64,000 bases of DNA from the NCBI GenBank assembly GCA_947258885.1, contig CAMYKD010000033.1, forward strand, positions 9,947 through 73,946, read 5' to 3'. The notes beneath the pieces were generated by a model. It saw only the letters and a program-made list of their open reading frames with translations, ran no database searches and was not told the DNA's origin. This document shows, piece after piece, positions 9,652 to 18,074 of the stretch; the stretch's first letter is position 1; each line of letters opens with the position of its first letter. The position numbers and the translations under genes were made by a program. Source of the DNA: an uncultured Kiloniellales bacterium. GTDB lineage: Bacteria; Pseudomonadota; Alphaproteobacteria; Kiloniellales; JAKSDN01.

Positions 9652-11526
9652 ATGAGCTTCGGCGCCTCTCTGGACTTCCGCCCCGATGCCCGGGGAGGCG
9701 GCGCCAAGCTCGGCGGCCGAGGCGCGTGGCAGGAGGCGCTCCCCTATCTGCTGGCGCTCGGGCTGGGCTTCCTGGTCCATGGTCTGGTCGTCGGCACGGG
9801 GGTGACCGCGGTCTTCGACGGACAGCTCTACGGCACCGACGGCTATATGCGCCTGGTCCGCGTGACCGAGCTGTACGAGACCGGCGCCTGGTTCGACGGG
9901 ACCATAGAGCGCAGCAACGCGCCCTATGGCACGGAACTGCACTGGACCCGGCCGATGGACCTGCTGTTGCTGGCGGGCGGCTGGGCGCTCTCGCCCTGGC
10001 TCGGCTTCCAGAAAGGCCTGTTCTGGTGGGCGGCGGTCCTCTCCCCGCTGCTCCAGCTGGCCATGGTGCTGACCCTGGTCTGGGCGGCGGCGCCGCTGCT
10101 CGACCGCTGGCGCCGCTGCCTGCTCGTCCTGGCGATCTTCGTGCAGGCGCCCTTGATCAGCACGGGGCTCCTCGGCCGCGCCGATCACCACATGCTGATC
10201 AGCTTGGCCTTCGTGCTCTCGATCGGCCTGACCCTGCGGCTCGTGATGCGGCCCTTCGAAGCCCGGCTGGCCTGGGCCGCCGGCGCGGCCCTGGGTTTCG
10301 CGCTGTGGCTCAGCATGGAGGCGTTGCTGCTGCTGGCGGCCAGTTTCGCGGCCCTGACGGCGACCTGGTTGTGGCGTGCCGGCGACCGGGCGCGCAAGAA
10401 CCTTTGGCATACCCTGGGTTTGAGCGCGATGGTCGCGCTCGCCATCGCGGTGGAACGCCCGCCGGCCGGGTATCTGGCCGAGGAATACGACCGCATTTCG
10501 ATCGCGCACCTTGCCGTCGCCCTTTTGGCGCTCGCCTTCTGGGTTGTCGTTCGCGCGCTGGAGTGGCGGGGCCTCGATGCGCGGGATGTCCCCCGCCGGG
10601 TGGCCGTCGCGGCCCTCGGCGCCGTTGCCGCGGGCGTGGTGCTCTACCTGGCGTATCCCAAGTTCTTCGGCGGCCCCGAGGTCGACCTGGACCCGCGGCT
10701 CGGCCCGGTGATCCTCGATCTCGTGAACGAGTTGAAGCCACTGTGGCCGAGCGACGCCCGTTCCCTGGGGCGTTTTCTTACGTTTCTCGGCCCGGCGGTC
10801 GTATGCGTGCCGTTCATCGCCGTCCTGCTGCTGCGCGAGCGCAACCCGGCAAACCGGGACGGCTGGCTCTACCTCGCGGCCTGCATGGCGATCTTCCTGC
10901 CCCTGGCGCTGGCCATGCTGCGTTTTGCCCCCTTTACCGAGGTCCTGCTCGCGATCGTCCTGGCGGAGTTGTTGGGTCGCCTGTTGAAGCTGTCCGAACG
11001 GGTGAAGCTGGCACCCGCGCGGGTCGTGCTGCGCGCCGGCCTGATGCTCGGCCTGCTCACGGGATTCATCGCTCTGGGCGCGGCGCTCTCGGGTCCGATC
11101 AAGGCGTCCACGGTGCGGACGCGCTGCCAACTGGAGAACGCCTATGCCCTGCTCGGTCAGCCCCAGGGGCTCGGCGACCGCCCGCGTGTCGTCCTCGCGC
11201 ACTTCAACTACGGGCCCGAACTGCTGTACCGCACGCCTCATTCCGTGGTCGCCTCGCCCTACCACCGCAACGTGTCCGGCCTGATAGACGGCGACCGGAT
11301 CCTTGGCGCGCGCGACGATGCCACCAGCCGCCGGTTGATCGATCGGCGGGGTGTGGAGCTGGTCTTGTTCTGCCCCGACGGTCCGGCCCTCGTCCAGGCC
11401 GCGGTCAAGGGCGGGTCCACCTTTGTCGGTCGTCTCTCCCAGGGCCAGGTGCCGGCCTGGCTGCGGCCAGCCCAGGTGCCGGCAGAGCTGGCCGGCCCGT
11501 ATCGCTTGTACGAGGTCGTAAGATAG
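9652..11526 (+). CDS. large polytopic GT-C type membrane protein with STT3/AglB-like loop motifs (possible oligosaccharyltransferase-like enzyme)
   Basis: About 13 TM helices plus a C-terminal soluble tail of about 100 aa. First loop: GTDGYMRLVRV...GAWFDGTIERSNAPYGTELHW. Then GRADHHML, and a degenerate WWDYG-like motif AHFNYGPELLY. ATG 9652 preferred over TTG 9574. The CDS itself is confident; the function is tentative. Confidence 0.5.
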   Translation: MSFGASLDFRPDARGGGAKLGGRGAWQEALPYLLALGLGFLVHGLVVGTGVTAVFDGQLYGTDGYMRLVRVTELYETGAWFDGTIERSNAPYGTELHWTRPMDLLLLAGGWALSPWLGFQKGLFWWAAVLSPLLQLAMVLTLVWAAAPLLDRWRRCLLVLAIFVQAPLISTGLLGRADHHMLISLAFVLSIGLTLRLVMRPFEARLAWAAGAALGFALWLSMEALLLLAASFAALTATWLWRAGDRARKNLWHTLGLSAMVALAIAVERPPAGYLAEEYDRISIAHLAVALLALAFWVVVRALEWRGLDARDVPRRVAVAALGAVAAGVVLYLAYPKFFGGPEVDLDPRLGPVILDLVNELKPLWPSDARSLGRFLTFLGPAVVCVPFIAVLLLRERNPANRDGWLYLAACMAIFLPLALAMLRFAPFTEVLLAIVLAELLGRLLKLSERVKLAPARVVLRAGLMLGLLTGFIALGAALSGPIKASTVRTRCQLENAYALLGQPQGLGDRPRVVLAHFNYGPELLYRTPHSVVASPYHRNVSGLIDGDRILGARDDATSRRLIDRRGVELVLFCPDGPALVQAAVKGGSTFVGRLSQGQVPAWLRPAQVPAELAGPYRLYEVVR

Positions 11527-11646
11527 CTCCAGGGCGCGGACTCCAGCAGCCGAGAGAGCCGCATGCCGCCCCGGGCTCCAGCTTCCAGAAACTCCCTCAA
11601 ATTTCGGGCAATATTTGCCGGAAGCCTGGCACCTCGCACAGAATAG

Positions 11647-11675
11647 TTAAGAATAATGGTTAACAAATAATTAAT
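11647..11675. promoter_or_regulatory. cluster of CtrA-type boxes (three phased TTAA repeats, ATGGTTAAC half-site, TTAA-N7-TTAAT)
   Basis: TTAA at 11647, 11660 and 11671. ATGGTTAAC at 11656-11664 is the reverse complement of TTAACCAT. TTAA-caaataa-TTAAT at 11660-11675. The cluster lies in an AT-rich island just upstream of a promoter-like element. Confidence 0.4.
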
Positions 11676-11683
11676 ACTTGTCT

Positions 11684-11710
11684 TTGACTATTGTAATATA
11701 TAGGCTATAT
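11684..11710 (+). promoter_or_regulatory. sigma-70-type promoter candidate for the 11814-16305 gene set
   Basis: TTGACT (11684-11689), 15-16 nt spacer, CTATAT/TATATT (11705-11711). Resembles the alphaproteobacterial CTTGAC-N17-CTATAT consensus. Confidence 0.4.
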
Positions 11711-11813
11711 TGCTTAACAGCGACTCCCCCGTAGTCGTGAGCAGCGACACGGTGGTGGCCCGGAAGAGGCGCATCGGGAAGATCGGTTCCTGACAGGAAG
11801 GGTGCAAGGGATC

Positions 11814-13493
11814 ATGGCGGAACACGGAACGGTCCGAATTCTGGTGGTCGACGGCGAGCCGGGCCTGATCGACGACTACCGTTTGGCGCTCTGCGCCGGG
11901 TCGGAGAAGCCCGCTGCGGCAGGCTCCGCGGACCCCGAGCTCGATTTTTTCGCATCGGCGGTTTGCCACGAAGGCCTTCCCGATATCGAGCTTGCGGCCT
12001 GTTGCGAGGCTGCGGAGGCCGTCGAGGCCATCGAGCGCTCGACCGGGCAGCAACGGCCCTTCGCACTCGCCTTCGTGGACCCGCGGGGCACGCAGGGGCT
12101 GGAAGCCATCGCACGGATGCGCGTCCTTGACCCCAAGCTGCACATCGTGATCGTCACCGCCGCGCCGGATATCGATGCGCTCGAGCTGAGCGAACGCGTG
12201 CCCCCGGCGGACCGGCTCTACTATGTGCAGAAGCCGTTTCATTCCGTGGAGATCCGGCAGCTCGCGCTGGCGCTGGGCGAGAAATGGCGTGGCGAGAGCG
12301 AAACGGACGGGAATCCGGCGGAGCGCCCCCGGGTCCAAAGCCCGGAAGCCGGATCCACCGGCGCGGCGGAGATGTCGCCGGCGGGCGTTCTGGTATTCGA
12401 CGCCGGCGACCGGCTGCTGTCCGCGAACCGGACGATCGGCCGCCTGTTCCCCGAACTCGCGGCGTTCTTCGTGCCGGGCTCGCGCTACGAGGAAATCCAG
12501 TGGCAGATGGCCCGGCAGCTTCTGCCCAAGGACACCCTCTATCGGGTCCACTCCTGGGTCCGCGACCGCCTGGAATGGCACGCGGCCGGCGGCGGCCTTC
12601 ACGAGCAGCGGCTGCGCGGGTCGCGGTGGGTTCTGCTGGCCGAAGCCCGGGCCGAAGGGGGCGGGACCACCTGCCACTTTCACGACGTCACGGAGTTGAA
12701 ACGGCGCGAGGGCAGGCGAGCCGCCGCGGCGCGTCTGACGCAAATGTCGCAGGCCTTCGCGGGGCTGTGCGACCGGCTCTATCTGGATCCGGAGGCGGTC
12801 GGGGTCGGGCCGGGCGACGGCAAGGTGGTCAGCCTGCGTGCCGGGGCGATGGAGGGACGCCAGGCCGCCGGACGGTCCGCCGGCCCGGACGGAAGTGAGA
12901 TCAACAGTCTGCTGGGCAAGTTGCGGGCGGTCGCACAGCGCCAGCGGCTCCTGCCGAAGCGGCTCGACCTCAACGCGGCGGTTGCCGAATTCGTACAGAC
13001 CGGCGACTACGCCTTCCCGGCCACCGTCGGGGTCGAGGTCGTCGCCGGCGCCGGCCTGTGGCCCGTCCAGATCGACCGGGACGTGTTCGCCGCCGCGCTC
13101 GGCGAGCTGGCCCGGAACGCTTGCGACGCCATGCCGGCGGGCGGGCATCTGACCTTGGAGATCGCGAACGCGGCCCCTGGCCGGGACGGCCCGCTCCAGA
13201 CCGACTACGTACGCTTGTCGGTACGGGACACCGGGCCCGGCATGCCGCCCGAGTTCGCCGAGCGAGCCCTCAATCCGTTCTTCACCACCAAGTCCGAGGC
13301 GGCGCATCTTGGCCTCGGCCTCAGTACGGTCCACGGTTTCGTGAGCCAATCGGGCGGCCGGATGGAGATCACAGCGAAAGACGGTCAGGGGACCCGCGTC
13401 GATCTCTACTTTCCGCGCGCCGTTGTCGCGGCAGGCGCCAACGCATCGTTGAACGAACCGACCCGCCGACGTCCGAGCGACGGTTCTGGCTGA
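11814..13493 (+). CDS. REC - PAS - HATPase_c sensor kinase-like protein lacking a recognisable H-box histidine
   Basis: Receiver-like N-terminus (RILVVDGEP, FALAFVDPRG, IVIVTA, VQKPF). PAS-like middle (AGVLVFDAGDRLLSANR...CHFHDVTELK). ATPase boxes ELARNACDAM, DTGPGM, GLGLS. ATG 11814 preferred over GTG 11802. Confidence 0.75.
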   Translation: MAEHGTVRILVVDGEPGLIDDYRLALCAGSEKPAAAGSADPELDFFASAVCHEGLPDIELAACCEAAEAVEAIERSTGQQRPFALAFVDPRGTQGLEAIARMRVLDPKLHIVIVTAAPDIDALELSERVPPADRLYYVQKPFHSVEIRQLALALGEKWRGESETDGNPAERPRVQSPEAGSTGAAEMSPAGVLVFDAGDRLLSANRTIGRLFPELAAFFVPGSRYEEIQWQMARQLLPKDTLYRVHSWVRDRLEWHAAGGGLHEQRLRGSRWVLLAEARAEGGGTTCHFHDVTELKRREGRRAAAARLTQMSQAFAGLCDRLYLDPEAVGVGPGDGKVVSLRAGAMEGRQAAGRSAGPDGSEINSLLGKLRAVAQRQRLLPKRLDLNAAVAEFVQTGDYAFPATVGVEVVAGAGLWPVQIDRDVFAAALGELARNACDAMPAGGHLTLEIANAAPGRDGPLQTDYVRLSVRDTGPGMPPEFAERALNPFFTTKSEAAHLGLGLSTVHGFVSQSGGRMEITAKDGQGTRVDLYFPRAVVAAGANASLNEPTRRRPSDGSG

Positions 13494-15694
13494 TGACCGG
13501 ACACGGCGAGGTCGGACTGGACGCGATGCTCGGGACGACTGGCGTTGTTCGTCTGCGGCTTTTCGGCGGTTTTCTGCTGCAAGACGAAATCGGCCGACCG
13601 ATCCCTGTTTCCCTCCGCAAGGCCGAGGCCCTGCTTGCCTATCTGGCCGTCTCGGCGGACCAGAGCGCCCCGCGCGAGGCGTTGGCCGCCTTGCTCTGGG
13701 GCGACTACACGCAGCCGCGCGCCCGGCAGAGTTTGCGTCAGGTGCTGCTGGCCCTGGGCAAGGTCCTGCGCCGTTGCGAGACGCCGGTCCTTCGCGTGAC
13801 CGATCAGACGGTGTCACTGGAACCCGGTGCGGTCCTGGTCGACGCCCTCGAGCTGGCGCGGCTGACGGACGAGGGTTCGCCACAATCGCTGGCCTCGGCC
13901 TCATCGCTCTGCGGCGGCGAGTTCCTGGCCGGGCTGCGTCTCGACGCGCCGGAGTTCGAGGACTGGCTGGCCGTCACGCGCGGCCGGCTGCGCGATCTCG
14001 CCCTGCAGGCGATGGCCGCCCTGCTTGCGCATCAGGAAGGCGCGGAGGACCTGGAGGGCGCAGCCGCTACCGCCCGGCGGATTATGGTTATCGACCCATT
14101 CCGCGAGGACATCCGCCGGCGACTGATGCGGCTCTATGCCAAAAACGGCATGCGCGCCTCGGCCCTGGCCCAGTACCGCGAGTGCCGCGAGGTTCTGAAC
14201 CGCGAACTGGGCGTCTTGCCGGACCGGGAGACTACGCGGCTCTATCAGAGCATCCACGACCAAGCGTCGGCGGGCGATGCGCCCGTGCAGCGACTCGAAC
14301 CCGCCGCGTCGCGGCACCGGGCCGGACCGGCGCCAGGCCGGCTGTCCACCGAGGCGGTCGAGCAGCTGCAGGCCGAGGCCTTGGCGGCCCATTACCGGGT
14401 GATCGCGGGCCGGCTCGCCGAGGCGGACCGGCGGCAGGACGCGCTGGCGGCCCTGGTCCTGGCCGCGCAGCTCGAGATGAGGCGGGGCGCGCAGCTGGCG
14501 GCCCGGCGCATCCTCGAGCAGGGCCAGGCACTGCTGCGGGACATGGACGGCTCCGGCGAGGACGCTTCCTCGGCGCTCGACCTGTATCTCGCGCTCGCCA
14601 TCTCTGCCGAGGACAGTGACGATCCGGTCGGCGCGCGGTCCGCGCTCGAGGCGGCGGAGCGCCTGGCCGAAGGTCTCGCGGATTCCGGACGGCGGGCCAA
14701 GGTCCTGATCGCGCGCTCCCGGGCCCACCGGCGCGGCGGCGAGGAGGCCGTCGCCTGGGACTGCGCCCGTCGCGGTCTGTCCCTGGCGGCGCGAGCCGGC
14801 GACGAAGGCGTCTGGCTGGACAGCGAGCGCTTCATCGCGCGGCTGCACCTGGTCGCCCGGCCCGGCGACCGGCTGGCCGCGCACTTGGCCGCACGGGCGC
14901 AGGACAACGGCGCGGCGGGCCTGCCGGCCGAGGCGGCGCGAGCCAGCGCCCTGCTCGGCCTGGCGCGTGCCACGGTGGGCGATTTCGCCGAAGCGCACGA
15001 GGATTGTACGCGGGCCGTCAGGCTCGCCGGGGAGTCGGGCCGTCCGGATTTCCTGGCCGGCGCCTTCGAGGCGCAGGGCCTGGTCCGACTCTGGTGCGGG
15101 CAGGCGGGACCGGCGCTGGAGAGTTTCGCGCGGGCGCTCGAGATCGGCGAGGCGCGGGGCGACCTGCTGCGCCGTTACGTGCTCTGCGGCTTTCGCGGCC
15201 TCGCCTTGCTGGCCGGTGGGCGGCGCAAGGCGGCGCGCCGCGAGCTGAACCGTGCCGTCGCCATGGCGAAGCGGCTCGGCACCCGGTTCCTGCTGGCGTT
15301 CTTCGAGGCCGGGCTGGCTGAGAGCGCATGCCAGCCCGGCCAGGAACGCCTGGCCTCCGGTCTGACCCACGCGGTCCTGTCCCTGGCCGCCGAGACCAAT
15401 CAACCCTGGGCCGGCTCGATCGCCGCGCGGACGCTGGCGGTGGCGCTCGCCCGGCCGAAGGGACGCGACCTCGGGCGCGCGGAGCAGGCAATTGATCGGG
15501 CGGTAACGGTCCAGCGGGGCCTCGGCCTTCGCTTCGAGCTGGCCCGTTCGCTCTCGATCCAGGCTCGCATACTCGATGCGCGGGGCAAGTCCCGGCAATC
15601 CGGCGAGGCGGAAACGGAGGCGGGCAAGCTTTTCCGGCGGATGGGCCTGCCGCCGGGCGCGGGTATGTCCGAACTCAGGATTTCTTTAGAATAG
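13493..15694 (+). CDS. BTAD/SARP-family transcriptional activator domain protein with a long TPR-like C-terminal region
   Basis: RLRLFGGFLLQDEIGRPI...RKAEALLAYLAV...PREALAALLWGD (winged-helix), then BTAD (EFEDWL...RRLMRLYAKNGMRASALAQYRECREVLNRELGVLPDRETTRLYQSI). Start overlaps the upstream stop (TGATG). Confidence 0.7.
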   Translation: MTGHGEVGLDAMLGTTGVVRLRLFGGFLLQDEIGRPIPVSLRKAEALLAYLAVSADQSAPREALAALLWGDYTQPRARQSLRQVLLALGKVLRRCETPVLRVTDQTVSLEPGAVLVDALELARLTDEGSPQSLASASSLCGGEFLAGLRLDAPEFEDWLAVTRGRLRDLALQAMAALLAHQEGAEDLEGAAATARRIMVIDPFREDIRRRLMRLYAKNGMRASALAQYRECREVLNRELGVLPDRETTRLYQSIHDQASAGDAPVQRLEPAASRHRAGPAPGRLSTEAVEQLQAEALAAHYRVIAGRLAEADRRQDALAALVLAAQLEMRRGAQLAARRILEQGQALLRDMDGSGEDASSALDLYLALAISAEDSDDPVGARSALEAAERLAEGLADSGRRAKVLIARSRAHRRGGEEAVAWDCARRGLSLAARAGDEGVWLDSERFIARLHLVARPGDRLAAHLAARAQDNGAAGLPAEAARASALLGLARATVGDFAEAHEDCTRAVRLAGESGRPDFLAGAFEAQGLVRLWCGQAGPALESFARALEIGEARGDLLRRYVLCGFRGLALLAGGRRKAARRELNRAVAMAKRLGTRFLLAFFEAGLAESACQPGQERLASGLTHAVLSLAAETNQPWAGSIAARTLAVALARPKGRDLGRAEQAIDRAVTVQRGLGLRFELARSLSIQARILDARGKSRQSGEAETEAGKLFRRMGLPPGAGMSELRISLE

Positions 15695-15768
15695 GCGGCA
15701 ATAATCTGGCCGAGGCCGCGCGTAGCGAGGCAAGCAGGCCGCCGCCGCTCGGCCGAGGAAAGGCCGCC

Positions 15769-16305
15769 ATGGAAGAACCCGATCTGCAAATTGTGGCGTA
15801 CGGCGCCTTCGCGCTCTATGTCCTGCTGCTCGCCGCAGCGGCCGCCACGGACGTCTGGAAGTTCAAGATCCCGAACTGGGTCAGCGCCGCGTTGCTGTTG
15901 CTTTTCGTTCCGACGGCGCTGCTGCTGCCGTTCGAGGTCGACTGGCTCTCGCACGTCGGTGCGGGGCTCAGCGTGCTCGCTGTCGGTGTGCTGCTCTTTG
16001 CCTGGGGTTGGCTCGGGGCCGGCGACGTCAAGCTGATGACCGCCGTTTCGCTCTGGACGGGTTTCGCCTACCTGGCGCAGTTCGTCGTCGTCGTCGCGCT
16101 GGCCGGGGGGGCCTTGGCGCTGCTGCTGCTGGTCCTGCGTATCGTGATCGCGCGCCTGCCGGCCGTTCGCGCGGCGCCGGACGGGGGGTCGCTGCCGCGG
16201 ATCCTGGTGAAGGGCGAAAGGGTGCCCTACGGCGTCGCGATCGCCTGCGGCGCGATCATCCTCGGCTTCCACCTGCCCTACCTAGGCCTTCGGATCGCCG
16301 TTTGA
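15769..16305 (+). CDS. cpaA: A24-family prepilin peptidase, CpaA/TadV type
   Basis: AAAAATDVWKFKIPN and WLGAGDVKLM (the two catalytic Asp motifs of Flp prepilin peptidases); 5-6 TM helices. Confidence 0.8.
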   Translation: MEEPDLQIVAYGAFALYVLLLAAAAATDVWKFKIPNWVSAALLLLFVPTALLLPFEVDWLSHVGAGLSVLAVGVLLFAWGWLGAGDVKLMTAVSLWTGFAYLAQFVVVVALAGGALALLLLVLRIVIARLPAVRAAPDGGSLPRILVKGERVPYGVAIACGAIILGFHLPYLGLRIAV

Positions 16306-16328
16306 AGGCGCACCGCGGGCCTGTCCGG

Positions 16329-16556
16329 CTAGGAGATGCGGCGCAGGGTCCGCTTGCGGACACGCACCGCGGCCAGGGCCGCCTTGCGCCGGTACTGCGT
16401 CCGCGCGCGCCAGCGCGCCGTCACCATCAAGGCGGCGATCCCGAACACCAGGGTCGGGTACCACCAGGGGATCAGGGCCGACGCGTCCACGAAGAATTCG
16501 TAGTAGGGGTCCCCCATGGCGTTCGCCCCGTAGATCTGATCCAGCAACCACTTCAT
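16329..16556 (-). CDS. small membrane protein, unknown function
   Basis: MKWLLDQIYG...IPWWYPTLVFGIAALMV (one TM helix) followed by a basic tail. GC3-rich. ATG 16556 preferred over TTG 16562. Confidence 0.4.
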   Translation of the reverse strand: MKWLLDQIYGANAMGDPYYEFFVDASALIPWWYPTLVFGIAALMVTARWRARTQYRRKAALAAVRVRKRTLRRIS

Positions 16557-16685
16557 GGCCAAGGTTCCTTGCTCACTTCCCGGTTAACACTTTTCCACCC
16601 CCGTTAAGACTCTCTTTACCAAACCGGGCGTGATCCCAGCGTCATCGCCGGTCGCCCATCCGGCCGCCGCGCCGCTGAACTTTGG

Positions 16686-16693
16686 TTAACCAT
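16686..16693 (+). promoter_or_regulatory. TTAACCAT (CtrA half-site-like) in an intergenic region
   Basis: Exact 8-mer in the gap between 16556 and 16816. Confidence 0.25.
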
Positions 16694-16815
16694 ACCCGCC
16701 CGGCCCCGCGTCGCGGCCATCGCGCCCTGCAGGGGAAGCAATTGATTTTAGGGGTATTTTATGAAGCGCCCGGTGGTCGGGCCGCCGCGTTAACCCTAAT
16801 CGCGGTCCCGCGCCT

Positions 16816-17997
16816 TCAGGCCCGCCGGCCGTGGTGCTTGGCGATCTTGGCCAGGACCGCGTTGCGCAGGAACTCGAGCGAGCCCTCGGGCAGGCCCCGG
16901 CCGAAGGCGAGCGTCCGCCGGTCGCCTTGGATCAGGACCGCGGGACGGCGGTTCTCGTGTTCGCGTGCGACCCTGACGCCCTCGATCTCGCCGGCGTCGA
17001 GCGAGCGGCCCCGGCCCTCGCCCCAGGGGCCGACGGAGGTGACGGTGAGCCGGTCCGGGGCGATGCGCAGGCGCCGCCGCGTCAGGCGGTCCCAGACCAG
17101 GCCGGCCAGGATCAGCGCCCCGAACAAGACCCCCATGGCGCCGACCACCAGGCGGCCCATCTCGTCCACGGCGTCGCCTTCCCCCAGGAAGAAGCCGATA
17201 TAGAGGAAGGCCGCCGGGAAGGCGAGGAACAACAGCATGCCGAGCAGCGAGACCTGCGGCCGGGTACGGGTCGCCACGACGGCTTCGCCCTCGATATCGA
17301 CCGCCAAGCCCTCCGCGCGCTGCTTCAGGATGTCGTAGTCGACCGCGACCTTGCCCTCGTCGATCAGCTCGGCGACCGGCTTGTCCAGGTCCTCGACATC
17401 GCGCGCGACCACACCGCTCTCGCCCTGCTCGAGCGCCGGCAGCTTCAGCCAGCGGGCATAGGCCTCCCACTTGGCGCGCCAGCCCTCCTGACGGCGCGCG
17501 GTGTAGAGGTTGATCGTCCGCTTGGGGTCGCCGTGCAGGAGCTCGACCAGATAGAGCGTATAGCTGCTGTTCTTCGTCTGGACCCGGCGCGAGCGACTGA
17601 GCACGCCGCGATAGGCCGTGAGGGGCTCCTGCCAGGACCTGGACCCGAACAGACCGCGCTCGCCGACCGCGACGAAAAGTCCATCGAGCGTCACGGTCTT
17701 ACGCCAGAGCAGCAGGTGAAGGCCATAGAGCAGGATGCCGAGGCCGAAGACCGGGAACAGCAGGAACAGCCAGTTCTCGGGCCGGCTCAGATCCGGCGCG
17801 CCCTGCTGCAGCATGCCGAAGACCGGAAACCCGCCCCAGATCGTGCCGAAAACCAGGATGAACAGGCCGCCGAACAGGCTGCCCTTGTGGGTGACCTCGA
17901 CCGGCCAGGCGCCGATCGGCACCTCGGCGTGCCAGTGGCGGCGCAGATGGCCGATGCTGGTTCGGCCCCTCGCGGACTGTCCGGCGTTGCCTCGCAT
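16816..17997 (-). CDS. membrane protein of unknown function (2 TM + soluble domain + 2 TM + C-terminal PH-like beta segment)
   Basis: 393-aa ORF with good GC3. TM pairs GGLFILVFGTIWGGFPVF / WLFLLFPVFGLGILLYGL and LLGMLLFLAFPAAFLYIGFF / LVVGAMGVLFGALILAGLVW. Tail RLRIAPDRLTVTSVG...VLIQGDRRTLAFG. Confidence 0.55.
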   Translation of the reverse strand: MRGNAGQSARGRTSIGHLRRHWHAEVPIGAWPVEVTHKGSLFGGLFILVFGTIWGGFPVFGMLQQGAPDLSRPENWLFLLFPVFGLGILLYGLHLLLWRKTVTLDGLFVAVGERGLFGSRSWQEPLTAYRGVLSRSRRVQTKNSSYTLYLVELLHGDPKRTINLYTARRQEGWRAKWEAYARWLKLPALEQGESGVVARDVEDLDKPVAELIDEGKVAVDYDILKQRAEGLAVDIEGEAVVATRTRPQVSLLGMLLFLAFPAAFLYIGFFLGEGDAVDEMGRLVVGAMGVLFGALILAGLVWDRLTRRRLRIAPDRLTVTSVGPWGEGRGRSLDAGEIEGVRVAREHENRRPAVLIQGDRRTLAFGRGLPEGSLEFLRNAVLAKIAKHHGRRA

Positions 17998-18074
17998 GGG
18001 TCCTCCGGTTACCGGTCAGGTCTCTCGCCTCGCCATGCTACCCGAGCGGTGGTTCGAAGAGCCTTAACGGCGCT

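Noticed and set aside
9463-15598. Antisense ORFs 9463..11265-, 11688..13904- and 13901..15598-, and the alternate-frame ORF 9726..11663+
   Set aside because: Same reasoning. The sense-strand products (GT-C protein, kinase-like protein, BTAD regulator) have coherent TM and domain architecture, while these translations are Arg/Gly/Pro-rich noise.
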